From the NCBI GenBank assembly GCA_963707985.1, contig CAVPRW010000017.1, positions 1 to 64,000 of the forward strand: 64,000 nucleotides of DNA. Direction: 5' to 3'. The translations under genes and the position numbers were made by a program. Shown in pieces: positions 43,189-54,779 of this stretch. The stretch's first letter is position 1. Each line of letters begins with the position of its first letter. Below the pieces are notes generated by a model. The model saw only the letters and a program-made list of their open reading frames with translations. It made no database searches and was not told the origin of the DNA. This stretch comes from an uncultured Nitrospinota bacterium (lineage in GTDB: Bacteria > Tectomicrobia > Entotheonellia > J063 > CAVPRW01).

Positions 43189-46100
43189 CTACCTGTCAAT
43201 ACGTCGAAACAGCAGAGCAGGCCATAAACACACACCCGTGGCGCCATCGACCAGGTATGGGGTTCCTTCCGCAGTGGCCACGGCGATGACCCCACCGTAG
43301 ACTGTCAGGCCAGAGGGGGCCCGATGCACCAGGAGCAGGGATTGCGCCGCGTTGCCGACATCTTTTTGCAGGCTTTCGATGTCAGCTTGAACGCGGTCGA
43401 GTTCCGCTAAATGCGCGGTGAGAAAGGAGTCAAATATATAGGTACGCCCAGCCTGGGTCGTGCCATCAACATCCTGCCGAGGCGAGCTGATCAGCACCCG
43501 GTCTCTATGAAGTGCTACCCCACTACTAAACGAAGCGTGGGTCTGAGAAGTGTCGGGGGCGAGGGGGTGGGTTGGCACCCACGTCCCGTTGAGGTGCTGA
43601 AAAACATATGCGCTCCCAACCCGGTCGGTGGTCTGGGGAGTCAATTGCTGTGCACCGACAATGGCCCATCGTTCACTGAGGCCAACGGCCCGGCCGAAAT
43701 GGGCATGAGCTTGGATCGTGGTGGGAGCGAGCGGCGGCAATCTCTCCTCCCAATCCTCGCCGTTGAACCGGAACACATAGACGCGGCCCGCATGCTCGGC
43801 ACCCTCGACGTCTTCACGGTCCGCTCCAATAAGTGCCCAACCATCATGCAGAGCTACCGCACTGCCAAAATAGGCTCTCGCCTGTTTGTCGCTGGCAACA
43901 AGGGGCGGTTCTTTTCCCTCCCAGCCCTTGCTGGTGAGCTGGAACACATAGGCACTACCCGCCTCTGTCAGCGCATCGAGACCTGCCCCATATGCCCCAA
44001 CCAAGGCCCAGCCACCACTCAGGGCTACGGCACTGCCAAACCCGGCATTTTCCTGCCTATCGCTGGCCTCGATTGCACCCCGGTCAGCCCAGGTATCGTT
44101 GACGAGCTCAAACAGATATGCCTTCCCTGCACCCGCGACACCACCAGCATTGGCCGTATCCGCTCCCACGATGGCCCATTTCTCATCCAGGGCCACGGCC
44201 ACGCCGAAATGGGCGTTTGCCTGGTTGTCGCTGGCCATGAGGGGCTCATCGTAGACCCACTTATCGTCTTTCAAGTGGAAGACCTCGACATTTCCGGCAT
44301 AATCGAAGCCAGGCAGACTGGCCTCGTAGGCCCCGACCATCGCCCACTGCCCACTGATAGCCACGGCTACGCCGAAATGGGCATTTACCTGCTTGTCCCT
44401 GGCCATGAGGGTCTGATGGTAGACCCACTTATCGTCTTTCAGGCGGAAGACCTCAGCGCTGCCCGCATGCGCAACCCCATCTGGACTGGCCTCGTGTGCC
44501 CCGACGATGGCCCAGTCGCTACTAATGGCCACTGCACTGCCGAAATACGCGTCCTTTTCCGTGGTGCTGGCGGCGAGCGGCGGGTCTTGTGGGACAAAAC
44601 CATGGATGATGGACCCTTGCAGTGCCACTTCGCGTTGCGCGTTGCGCTGGAGGTCGCTGATCACCGCAACGTTTGCCGTTACGGCTGGCAGGGCAAGCGT
44701 ATCCGGCACCTGCCCGAGTTTACCGTATGGGGAGACGGCAAAATCCACCAGAGCGATGGACGGCAGATCGGTTGGCTGTCCATCGGTGTGGGCACCAACC
44801 GTCGCCACGGCAAGCAGGACGCGGGCGATGTCTGGTGTGGCGTCGGTCTGCGACCCTCTCTGCGGGGTATAGAGCAGGGCTGACAGCCCGGAGGCAATGG
44901 TGTGTCCGGCGAGGGCAAAGCTGCTACGGTTCAGGCTCGGGTGGTCCCGTACCGGTGCCGATGAGGTGACCCACATGGCATTGTTGGTGTTGCCGTAGAG
45001 CGTCCCATGATGGGCGTTGGTCAGCTGGTTACGTGTCGTGTTCCCCGCCCCTTCGTCAAATCGCCAGTAGGCCACCAGGCCCGGTTCGTCTCCCACCAGG
45101 CGGTGCGACCAGTCATGTTGGATGTCATCGGGGCTGCGGGCACACCTCCAGACGCGCACTTCATCAATGTCCCCTCTCCAGCCGTCGCCCCATGGGACCT
45201 TACCAATCACAAACTGCCCTGTACCCTGGTACGGGGCCTTCGCCGTGTTGTTTTTGGGGTTGAGCTGTTCACCATCGCAGTACATCACTCGCTCCATCGC
45301 GGCGTGTGTGTAGACACAAGCCCAATGATGCCAGTTCGTATCCCGGAAGCGACGCTGGGTACTCACTTCATCATCCCCAAAGGCGAAGGTGAATTGATTG
45401 TTGGCGCGAAATCCGATATGCAGCACGTGCTGGCGCTCTTTGCTGTCGCCGTACCCAATAGCAAACTGCGGGCCGGTGTCTGGCTTGGTGCGTTTGGCCC
45501 ACAGTTCAATCGTAAAGTCGGTCCCACGCAGATCGATCCCGGCCCCACAATCGACGTACGTGTCATCGCTAGCAAACTGGATAGCGGATTCCGCCTCCAG
45601 ATAGGTTGGCCGCTTTTCAACAGGTGCAGAGGGGGCCCATTTGCGCTCCATAGATAGTGCCATGATTGCCGTTGGCAGTCCGGTCGTGGGCGATAGTACC
45701 CGCGCCTTCGTCAAAGCGCCAGTAGCCCACCAGTCCGGGTTCGTTGCCCTCAAGTTGATGGTGCATATCGCCTTTAATCTCGTCAGCGCTGCGAGCACGG
45801 TTCCAGACACGCACCTCGTCGATTTGGCCAGGGAAATAAAAGCTGCGACCGGATTGCCTGCCGATTTGCACCGGGAGGTTCCCCGCTCTGGCCGTGGCAA
45901 ACTGCGCACCGACTTCTCTATCTAGGACGCCGTTGATATACCAGGAAAGTTTGCCTTCCGGCGCCTCCAGATTCCGTACTATCGCCACATGGGACCACTG
46001 CTTCACCTGGAGTGACTTCGTTGAATCAATGAACTGGTAGGAGCCGCTAGAGCCAAGAAGATCGCTCGGATTTTGCCCATAGCCATAACGCAGTCGACCA

Positions 46101-48037
46101 TCCCCATTAATTAGCGCAGATCCTTCGCCCGAAAACACTTTGCAATATAAACCACCTTCCCTGACTGGAAATCGGGCCGGCTTGACCCACATTTCGATGG
46201 TCTGGCTTCCAGTGATTTGCAAGGCAGCCGAGTGACGCAGATCGATGTAATCTCCCACCCCATCGAACTGGAGTGAATATTGCCTCTCAGGGGTTTCCAA
46301 GGGGGCGTCGGAGTCCACCCAGGTGCCACCGTGAATCGTACCGGAATGGCCATTGGCTCCGGTCTGGTCGCAGACGGTGTTGCCCTGGCCTTCGTCAAAG
46401 CACCAATAGCCTGCCAGGCCGTCCTCGTTGCCCCGCAAGCGTTGGGACATCGTGCTTTGAATTTCGTCATGGCTGCGCGCGCGGTTCCAAATGCGCACCT
46501 CATCAATTTCCACTTTCCCTCGTGCGCCCGTAGACGCGGGATCGTAGCCAATCTCGAGCCTCCACGACTGTAATGTGGCGTTCACCTCACCGCAAGTGTT
46601 CTTATGCTGGAGTCGCCAGTTACCCTGCGTAGCCTGACCGACAAAGGCCGATAGTCTATACAAGGTCGATGCGGAGAATCGACTCCCACTTCGACTCAGG
46701 TTGGCTTGCTGACCTGATGGGGAAATCAGGGTGATCTGCTGATGCTCGAGATCGCGGTGAGCGGTGTCAGCGCTGACCCGGATGGTTCGAACTGTGCCCG
46801 CTTGGGCAATCGCTATCGCGCTTACCCCGGTTTGGCCACCAGGCGGAACGGATAGGCCCAAGCCTGTGGCCCGAATCATCCTATCTTCTCCGAGGAGCAG
46901 GTGCAGTCCGGTGCTGAAGTTGTTTCCAACCGTTGCGATGCCGACGGAAATTCCATCGACATCCAGCGTTGCTGTCGAGCCGTCCTTGACGGCAGCGACG
47001 TGGTGCCAGGCCCCGTCATTACAAGGTTCGGGCGATGTAATACCGGCATCGTTCCCTCCCTGACGGGGGACATAGCGCAGCCTGCCATCTTCCCCAAAGC
47101 CGATCAGCATCCCCTGTGCCGTATAGCCAAGGCTTGTAGCAGTTAGGAGATCTGCCTGTCCTAACGTCGTCGACTTCACCCACATTTCAACAGTGTAATT
47201 ATCGCGGGCAAAGTCAATCGTGCCAAAATCTACGCGATCATTACCCATCTCAAGTTGGAGCGCCGATCCGGCGATTCGCTGGCCACCCGTCGGGGTGCTG
47301 GCTTCACGGTGGTTCGTCGCGCCGGCCGTTTGCACTTCAGCATCACCAGCAGCTGTGCCGGGGCTGGTATCCTCCGGCGGGACCCGTGTGTCAAACCGCC
47401 CGTCTGCTGACCGTTTAACATTAAACGCAGTGATGTAATGGGTTTGACCATTATAGGCAAAAATCTGCCACCGCCTGGTGGTCGCATCCGCCGTGGGCAA
47501 CAGCAAGGCAGCGAAGCGGCCGGCGTGCAGATGCCGGATAAAGTCGAGCACGCAGGTGGGTTCCGGGGAGCCGTCGCTGGTCTTGAGTTGCAACCTGATG
47601 CCCGCCACTTCATACCGGTCCAGCAGCAACGTGTTGCCGACCATGTCGGCGTGGCCGCCCGCCTGCGATTGGCGGAAGAGAAAAATGTCGTTGTCGTCTG
47701 AAAGCGCCTGGAAGGCCGCGTCCGCTGTGAACCGTGCCGTGCTGGAGAGGATGGGGTTGTCTATGACAACGGGCAGCTGGGTCACCCCCCCCGCTCCATC
47801 ACGCACACGTACAAAGGCCGTGGGGAAGTTCAGAGGGTCCATTTGCTGGAGATGGGCGTGGACTGCCAGCAGTTCGTGGGCGTCGCTGTCCCCTTGCAGG
47901 TTGAGCACGGTGTATTTGATCAACCCGGCATCGTCCATGCCTAAGACGATGACCCGCCCCTGGTGGCGGACCATCGTGGTATGACGGTACTTGCGCTGGT
48001 CGAGGTAACTGAGGATTATATGCTGGGTGACGTGCAT
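43189..48037 (-). CDS. Large multi-LamG protein with a P-proprotein-convertase-like insert and FG-GAP beta-propeller; frameshift near 45660; probably 3'-truncated
   Basis: Three LamG units (WHHVAAV / IDEVRIWN / GLxGYWxFDEG); TLISPSG..QGNWRL P-domain; about 7 FGxAVAxxxxWAxVGA repeats. Confidence 0.82.
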
Positions 48038-48050
48038 CGTCCATCCCCCC

Positions 48051-49017
48051 TCACCATTCGGGTAGCCCGTACCGACTGCCCCGTCTTTGCACCTGTCCAG
48101 CGGCTTCCAGCGTGCGCAGACTGTCTCGTACCGCCGCGAGGGGCTCACCGGTTTCGTCCCGCAACTCACTTGCGCTGAGATAGCGCTGTACCCTCCTCAG
48201 CACGGCGAGGAGGGTGTTTCCGACGGCGGGGAGACGCGCACTCCATCCCGGCAACCCGTACCGGTCACCCCGTCGTTGGACAGCCACCGAGGCTCCCAAC
48301 GCATTGAGGACTTCATCGAGCTGGGATAATTCCTGTACGCTGAGTCCCCCGGCCAATTGGTCGCGTGTTTGAAAGTCTCCTTGATCCTGGAGGGCTTGGA
48401 AAATCTTCGCTGTGAGATTGTGCAGGAGCTTCCACCTGCCGGCGCGTTCCATATCGGCCCTCCCAACGGCTGACCTGTCCCTGTTGTTCTAGGACCTCGA
48501 GCGCCGTTTGCACGGCCGCAATCTCCGTCCCTAGAGTTTGCGCCAGCGCGGCAGCAGTTCCCAACCCCTCGTCACGTAGGGTGGTGAGGATCTGCTCACG
48601 AATTCCTGGTGGGCGGGGCGGCCTCGTCCGGCACAGAGTGTCACGAATTTGTTTGAGGACTTTAATCTGCTGCTCTTCAAAATCGAATGCTTCACGCGGC
48701 CAGCGGCCCAACACCTTGTAGTACACCCGCAGGTATTTCTTGTCTTCCTCAGGGAACCCAATCAACGTACTACCCTGGCGATACTGTGGGTCATGCGGCG
48801 GATAATGCTTCCAATTCTCAGGAACTATCGTGTGGCGTTTTTCGCCAAGCTGCTGGATGAATGCCGCAATTTTCCACGCGGTAAAGCCCGCTTCATCGAT
48901 ATTGTCTGTCACAAGCTCTTCCTGCTCCTGGAACGTGTGCTCATAGTCACGCTTTAAAAAAATGATTTTGTACTGGACGAGCTTGAGCATGTCGTCACGC
49001 AAGATCTTATCAGACAT
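48051..49017 (-). CDS. Hypothetical N-terminal domain plus three tandem winged-HTH-like repeats; frameshift near 48445
   Basis: Three ~55-aa units ending GQVSRWEGRYG, VAVQRRGDRYGLPGW and GQVQRRGSRYGLPEW. Confidence 0.7.
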
Positions 49018-49188
49018 TCCTTCACCTCCGCAGAGGAGCGTTGACGGCTCAAGTATATCCTCAGCGCAAGGCAAGGACGGCTTTCCGGCCTAGCTGATCT
49101 CGGTCTGACCCCTCGGTCAGCTGGCTGGCTCTCCTCGTCCCTGCGTTCTCCTGTTGGCATAGGCCGCCTCCCCAGCCTGGCTGGCCTT

Positions 49189-49534
49189 CGGCGGCGAAGG
49201 TGACGTTGCGGAAACGATGGCCATCGTTTTCCAGCAGGACGGCCGCTTCTAGGCGGTCGATGCTCGGATCGCCATTGCCAAGCAAGATGTCGAGGTAGCC
49301 ATCGTTGTTGAAATCGCCTACGGTACCGCTCATCGTGCCCCAGCACCCATCGACGCCGAGGTCGCGAGCGATGTCGGTGAAGGTCCCATCATGGTTATTA
49401 TGAAGAATCCGCAGCGGCGTGCCACCGCGCGGGCCATGGCCTGTGCGTAGCGTATGGATCATGTCCTGCGGCCGCGACCAGGTGAACTGCACGATGTCGA
49501 GCCAACCGTCGTCATCGATGTCGCAGCACACACA
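49189..49534 (-). repeat. Near-identical 346-bp copy of the internal FG-GAP segment 52038-52383 (gene fragment)
   Basis: Constant offset of 2849 nt with only a few substitutions. Confidence 0.9.
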
Positions 49535-49664
49535 CTCTGCACCAACCATGGGGACGTCAATGCAGGCGGCGAGGCTCACCTCGGTTATTCAGTTCTCGTT
49601 TCTCCCACCCTATGTCTAGGTGGGAGGGGGAAATGCCACTGGAAACTGCATGACCTGGGCCACC

Positions 49665-50531
49665 CTATAATTTCTCCTCAATGGAGGCGATGAGTCGTTC
49701 CAGCTTCTCTTCGACGCGCTCCATCCTCTCCGTCAGCGTGAGTGGTTTCTTCACATTGAACTCGAACGTTTCCAGATTGTCGTTCCTCCCCCACACGGTA
49801 TGTTGGACGAAGTGCCGATCCCACCAGCCTAGATCTCGGACGCCCTGTTGGATACGGTCGATGGTCTCCTTGCTATCGACCGTCCAGGTCGCGAACGAGG
49901 GATAAGCCTGATTGCCGAGCAGGTGCTTTGACCTGTTTACAGCTGACCCCAGCAATTGCGCTGAGTCCCCGTACACGGTGGGGTCGATACTGCTCAAAAG
50001 CGATCGACGTTCGTCCTCCGAAAGTCTCCACCAACTGTCTTTGGCATACCATAACTCTATATACAGAAAAGGCAGAGCCCTTGCATCCTCCTTCGAGACC
50101 GGCTCCGATCCACTTGACGATTGTTTCTCAATAGCGGCGGTGAGTCGTTCCAGCTTCTCTTCGACGCGCTCCATCCTCTCCGTCAGCGTGGGTGGTTTCT
50201 TCACATTGAACTCGAACGTTTCCAGATTGTCGTTCCTCCCCCACACGGTATGCTGGACGAAGTGCCGATCCCACCAGCCTAGATCTCGGACGCCCTGTTG
50301 GATACGGTCGATGGTCTCCTTGCTATCGACCGTCCAGGTCGCGAACGAGGGATAAGCCTGATTGCCGAGCGGGTGCTTTGACCTGTTTACAGCTGACCCC
50401 AGCAATTGCGCTGAGTCCCCGTACACGGTGGGGTCGATACTGCTCAAAAGCGATCGACGTTCGTCCTCCGAAAGTCTCCACCAACTGTCTTTGGCATACC
50501 ATAACTCTATATACAGAAAAGGCAGAGCCAT
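49665..50531 (-). CDS. Protein made of two near-identical 150-aa units (alpha/beta-barrel-like, possibly DUF6616-like, plus coiled coil)
   Basis: 450-bp period; LYIELWYAKDSWWRLSEDERR..LGWWDRHFVQ..LTERMERVEEKLERL; AGGAGG RBS. Confidence 0.8.
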   Translation of the reverse strand: MALPFLYIELWYAKDSWWRLSEDERRSLLSSIDPTVYGDSAQLLGSAVNRSKHPLGNQAYPSFATWTVDSKETIDRIQQGVRDLGWWDRHFVQHTVWGRNDNLETFEFNVKKPPTLTERMERVEEKLERLTAAIEKQSSSGSEPVSKEDARALPFLYIELWYAKDSWWRLSEDERRSLLSSIDPTVYGDSAQLLGSAVNRSKHLLGNQAYPSFATWTVDSKETIDRIQQGVRDLGWWDRHFVQHTVWGRNDNLETFEFNVKKPLTLTERMERVEEKLERLIASIEEKL

Positions 50532-50693
50532 TGCATCCTCCTTCGAAGTGTTAGGGGCTCATACGAACGCTCATCCAAGATCAGGCGATCAACGTCACAC
50601 CCAGCCACGATATCTCGCAAGACCGCCCTCCTCTCTCTGCACCTCTCACACAAATACGTCATAGGCCCGGCCGACATAGGCGACTCAGGCTGT

Positions 50694-51185
50694 CTAGGGA
50701 AACTGCGGGCTGGCCAACACTCTGGTGATTTGAGCCTGGTGTGCTTGTTCATGCAACCACAGGGTTTCGCAGAGTTCAGCCTGCGTCTTTTCTTGGCATG
50801 GCAGGGTGATATCCGGCGCCAACGCCCGCACAGGAACGTTCCGCACGATATACTCACGCATGCTCCCCTGCATAAACATACTGAAGACGTTGGGGGGCAC
50901 TTCGAGCCATGGCAGAGCGCATTCCGGGATAAAGGTGGGCCGCGCATCGAACTCAGCGAACGAGCGATAGAGATATGGTGTCTGGCCGCTCCTGGTTTGT
51001 CCGATCAAGATCGCTATTTCCCCTCGCAGAACCTGCTCGGACAAGATGGGGTGATCCACCACTTCACCGATGGACCATTCACTCGGTTCAGGTATGTAGT
51101 CCAGTTGTTTCTGCGACAGGTCCTGCATCATGACTGAAGTACGCGTTCGTACCGCGCGTAACTGGGATAGCTGCTCTTGCCCCAT
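50694..51185 (-). CDS. DinB family protein with an internal deletion (possible pseudogene)
   Basis: WSIGEVVDH..LHEQAHQAQI; lacks the HPLLG segment. Confidence 0.75.
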   Translation of the reverse strand: MGQEQLSQLRAVRTRTSVMMQDLSQKQLDYIPEPSEWSIGEVVDHPILSEQVLRGEIAILIGQTRSGQTPYLYRSFAEFDARPTFIPECALPWLEVPPNVFSMFMQGSMREYIVRNVPVRALAPDITLPCQEKTQAELCETLWLHEQAHQAQITRVLASPQFP

Positions 51186-51188
51186 ACC

Positions 51189-51524
51189 CTAGTCTCTCCT
51201 GAGAGAAGGATAACCGCGCGATGGCCGGCTTCTTCTTCGGTGACAAACTTGAGCGTCCTCACGAAGCAATTGCTGAAGTGGTCATGAGCATGATCGAACT
51301 GCAGCGCACCGACCATACCGTTGCCGTCGCGCCTGTGGCAGTACTGGAATCCCCCGTGCGAATAGAGCCGGGCCATTGAGGTAGTACGTCCCTTGGACGC
51401 AATTCGGGATCTCGCCTATGATCTCCTTTATGGGGTAAGGTAACTCACGCAGATTGATTGAGAAAAGCAGTTCTAGCAACGGGGCATGGTCATCGCTTGG
51501 CCGTCCCTCGCGTAGTACCTTCAT
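51189..51524 (-). pseudogene. Carotenoid oxygenase remnant
   Basis: DDHAPLLELLFS..GEIPNCVQGTYYLNGP, then frameshift and deletion. Confidence 0.8.
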
Positions 51525-51573
51525 AGTGTGTAACCTCCTCATGTTCGCGTACCACTAGTTCTTCTTGCTTGTC

Positions 51574-53941
51574 CTATGCTCTGTTCTCCTGTCTTCCTCT
51601 GACGCGGGGATAAATAACTTCCCATCCTGCTTGCGTCTCGACAATACGAAGCGATTGGTTGATGGGAGGCTGATCGATCTGCTGCACGTGGCCACTGGGC
51701 CAGCGAATCTCCAGAGAATCGATCTGTGTGAGCGTGCCCACACCAAAGTGTTGCTCATAAGGGAGACATCCAAAATTACTTCCGCCCGAGACCAGACGAT
51801 GTTGCTCGCGGCCGCCGGCCCGCAGCTTGAGCCGGGCCCCGATGGCATCGCGGTTACTGCGCGTACCCACTAGCCGCACGTTGAGGTAGTTGCCCGGCAA
51901 CTGCTTGGGCCGAAAGACCGTGGTGGTGAGCAAATCGCCAGGATACAAGCCACCAGCCGCGACAAATAGATGCAACCGGCCATCGCCCGCCAGATCGGCC
52001 ATGTTGGCACCATGGCCCTTGCCAATGAACGGCATGCCGGCGGCGAAGGTGACGTTGTGGAAACGATGGCCATCGTTTTCCAGCAGGACGGCCGCTTCTA
52101 GGCGGTCGATGCTCGGATCGCCATTGCCAAGCAAGATGTCGAGGTAGCCATCGTTGTTGAAATCGCCTACGGTACCGCTCATCGTGCCCCAGCACCCATC
52201 GACGCCGAGGTCGCGAGCGATGTCGGTGAAGGTCCCATCATGGTTATTATGAAAGATCCGCAGCGGCGTGCCACCGCGCGGGCCATGGCCTGTGCGTAGC
52301 GTATGGATCATGTCCTGCGGCCGCGACCAGGTGAACTGCACGATGTCGAGCCAACCGTCGTCGTCGATGTCGCAGCACACACAGACCGAGGTGATTGCGG
52401 GTAGATCGATGCCAGCTTCGCGGCTCACATCGGTAAACGTCCCGTTGCCGTTGTTGCGGAAAAGTTGTGGCCGTCCCGCATTGCTGATGAACAGATCGGG
52501 CACGCCGTTGTTGGTGAAGTCACCCCACGCCGAACCGATGGTGGGCCAGAACGTCTTCAGGCCAGCCTCAGCAGTCACATCAGTGAAGGTTCCGTCGCCG
52601 TTGTTGTGGAACAGGCGGTTGGGCGTCTTGCGGTTGAACAGGCCACCCAGATTATTGACGACAAAGAGATCGAGATAGCCATCCCCGTCGTAGTCAACCC
52701 AGCTTGCCGTAAAGGCTGGCCCCCACATGCCCAGTCCAGCCTCCTTGGTCACATCAGTGAAGGTGCCGTCGCCGTTGTTGCGCATCAACAGGCCTTGGCC
52801 ATCGAAGAAACCGAGGCCGGAGACGAAAAGGTCAGGCAATCCATTGTTGTCGTAATCGCCGACAGCCAAGCCGAAGCCGTAGACGCAGCGATCCAGCCCG
52901 GAGCCGGTTGACATATCAGTGAAAGTGCCATCGCCGTTGTTGCGATAAAACGAGCAACCCGCGTGGGCGCCCGCGATCACCACGTCCAGCGTGCCGTCGC
53001 CGTTGGAGTCGAAGATGGCGGTACCGCGTCCACCGCACGTTTTGTCGAGCCCAATCTCGGCCGCCACGTCTTCCAACTGCACCGTCGTCGGCTCGTATCC
53101 GGCGATGACTTCCATGCGCATGTCCTGGCGCACCGTGGCCGGGTAGCCGCCGGATTTTTGGGCCGACAGCCACAGCCAGTATTGCGCCCGCTCGTCCGCT
53201 GGGTCCTCCTCAAGACACGCCACACCATGACCGATGGCTCGCGAGTACTGGCCGAGGCGATAGTTGGACACCAAGCTCTCGTAATGAGCGCGTCGCTGTA
53301 CATCGGGATCTCGCGCAGCGATCTCAAGCTCGTGCAGAGCCTCCTGGAAGAGTCCACACTTCATCAACGTCCGACCGAACTGGAGGTGCGCCCAGGCATC
53401 ATTGGGATACTGCTGCAGGTACTTCTGATAACGCTCAATTTCCGCACCGTATTGCAAGGTGAAATAGACCGGGAGGTCGCTGAAGACTTCTATCGTAAAG
53501 TTCAAGAAATCGCCCCAAAGCTTAGGCTGGACTGTCGGTAGAGTGCCGACGGTGCGTAGGATCTCTTGAATGGTCAGGCTACCCATGGCTAGAGGCAGGG
53601 CGAAGGGCAGAGCCAACCAGTGCGGCGGACTGTAAAGACGGTCGCGCGGCAGGCTACGAAATACAGCCTCCAGAGCCTGCCAGCACTTGTCGGCTGTGTC
53701 CCGATTGCTGGCGAGGGCCAGCCGCATTAGCCGATTCGCCAGCTCGGAGGTGGCTTGCTCGATGTCCGCCGGTCCCTCCACGGGGGCTTCCCGCCACTTG
53801 GTCGTGGCCGCCTGCCCGGCGAACTGATCCACAACCAACTGTGCTTGCTGCAGCATCGCATCGCATGCTTGAGAGACCGGATTCCATCATCTGCAGTGGG
53901 AATCGCAAGGCGTCACGCCAGATAGAATCGTTCAGCGACAT
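51574..53941 (-). CDS. Cytoplasmic TPR + FG-GAP + ASPIC/UnbV protein, paralog of 31324-33724; frameshift near 53860
   Basis: WLWLSAQKSGGYP, GLDKTCGGRGT, GCWGTMS, KGHGA, SNRDAIG..QHFGVG..WPSG. Confidence 0.9.
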
Positions 53942-53995
53942 CCGCTCTCTCTCCGTCGAACGTATCAGCTTCGCCCAGGATGATGGTTCATCAAG

Positions 53996-54544
53996 CTACG
54001 GCTTAGGCAACGTGTAATAGACTGACTTAACGGGGCAGCCAAAGCTCGGTGTGTCGGCACGAGGCGGCGCCTTGCCAGCAAGGCAGGCTTCGATAGCGGC
54101 ATTAAGATAGCCGACGTACTCGGGATCTTCTGGGTATTTGAAATTATCGATGGCCCCGCGGTAGATCAGCCGACGTTCCGGATCGAGAAGAAAAACCCGC
54201 GGCGTCTGTTGCACGAGCCACGCGTCAGCCACCGCTCGTTGGGCATCATGAACCATTGGGAACCTGAGATCGCGCTCGGCGATAGCGGCGCGCAGCATCT
54301 CGGCGCTTTCGTTTTGTCGTGAGGCAACGGCCAGCAGCCCTAGGCCGGGATATCTTTCGGGTAACCGATTCAGGTAGGTGTCGTAGCGCCGGCAATGCGA
54401 GCAGACGCTCGACCAAAACATCACGACCGCCGCTTTTCGCCCTGTCAGGAACGATTGCAGGGAGAGGCTCCTACCGTCCAAAAGCGACAGTGTAAAATCC
54501 GGCATGACGTCTCTAATCCGTTGTTGTACCTGAGCGTCTGTCAT
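53996..54544 (-). CDS. Redoxin (thioredoxin-like), paralog of 33803-34633
   Basis: FWSSVCSHC, QQTP, YRGAIDNFKYP, FGCPV. Confidence 0.9.
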   Translation of the reverse strand: MTDAQVQQRIRDVMPDFTLSLLDGRSLSLQSFLTGRKAAVVMFWSSVCSHCRRYDTYLNRLPERYPGLGLLAVASRQNESAEMLRAAIAERDLRFPMVHDAQRAVADAWLVQQTPRVFLLDPERRLIYRGAIDNFKYPEDPEYVGYLNAAIEACLAGKAPPRADTPSFGCPVKSVYYTLPKP

Positions 54545-54563
54545 TGATGTTCCAACCCTCAGC

Positions 54564-54660
54564 TCATGCGGCCTTGGGAAACTGGGGAATGGTTAGATCC
54601 CTGGCGATTTGATCTCGACACGCCTGTTCGTGCTGCCACAGTGTCCGCAGGAGCCTCGGT
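54564..54660 (-). pseudogene. DinB C-terminal remnant
   Basis: LRTLWQHEQACRDQIARDLTIPQFPKAA resembles the C-termini of the other DinB paralogs. Confidence 0.55.
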
Positions 54661-54779
54661 GGTATTACCTGTAGGTAACAAGCATCGGGATTCTTTGCAG
54701 TTCTGCTCTCTCGCCTCCTCGTAGCAAGCACCAATGAGCTCTTCGATACGGTGCTGTTGGAAATTGAGCAGGCCAACTG

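Noticed and set aside
43411..44883. 490-aa plus-strand ORF (likewise 21866-22873, 20895-21626, 372-1256 and 36899-37615)
   Set aside because: These are antisense shadows of well-supported genes in GC-rich DNA and have no motifs of their own.
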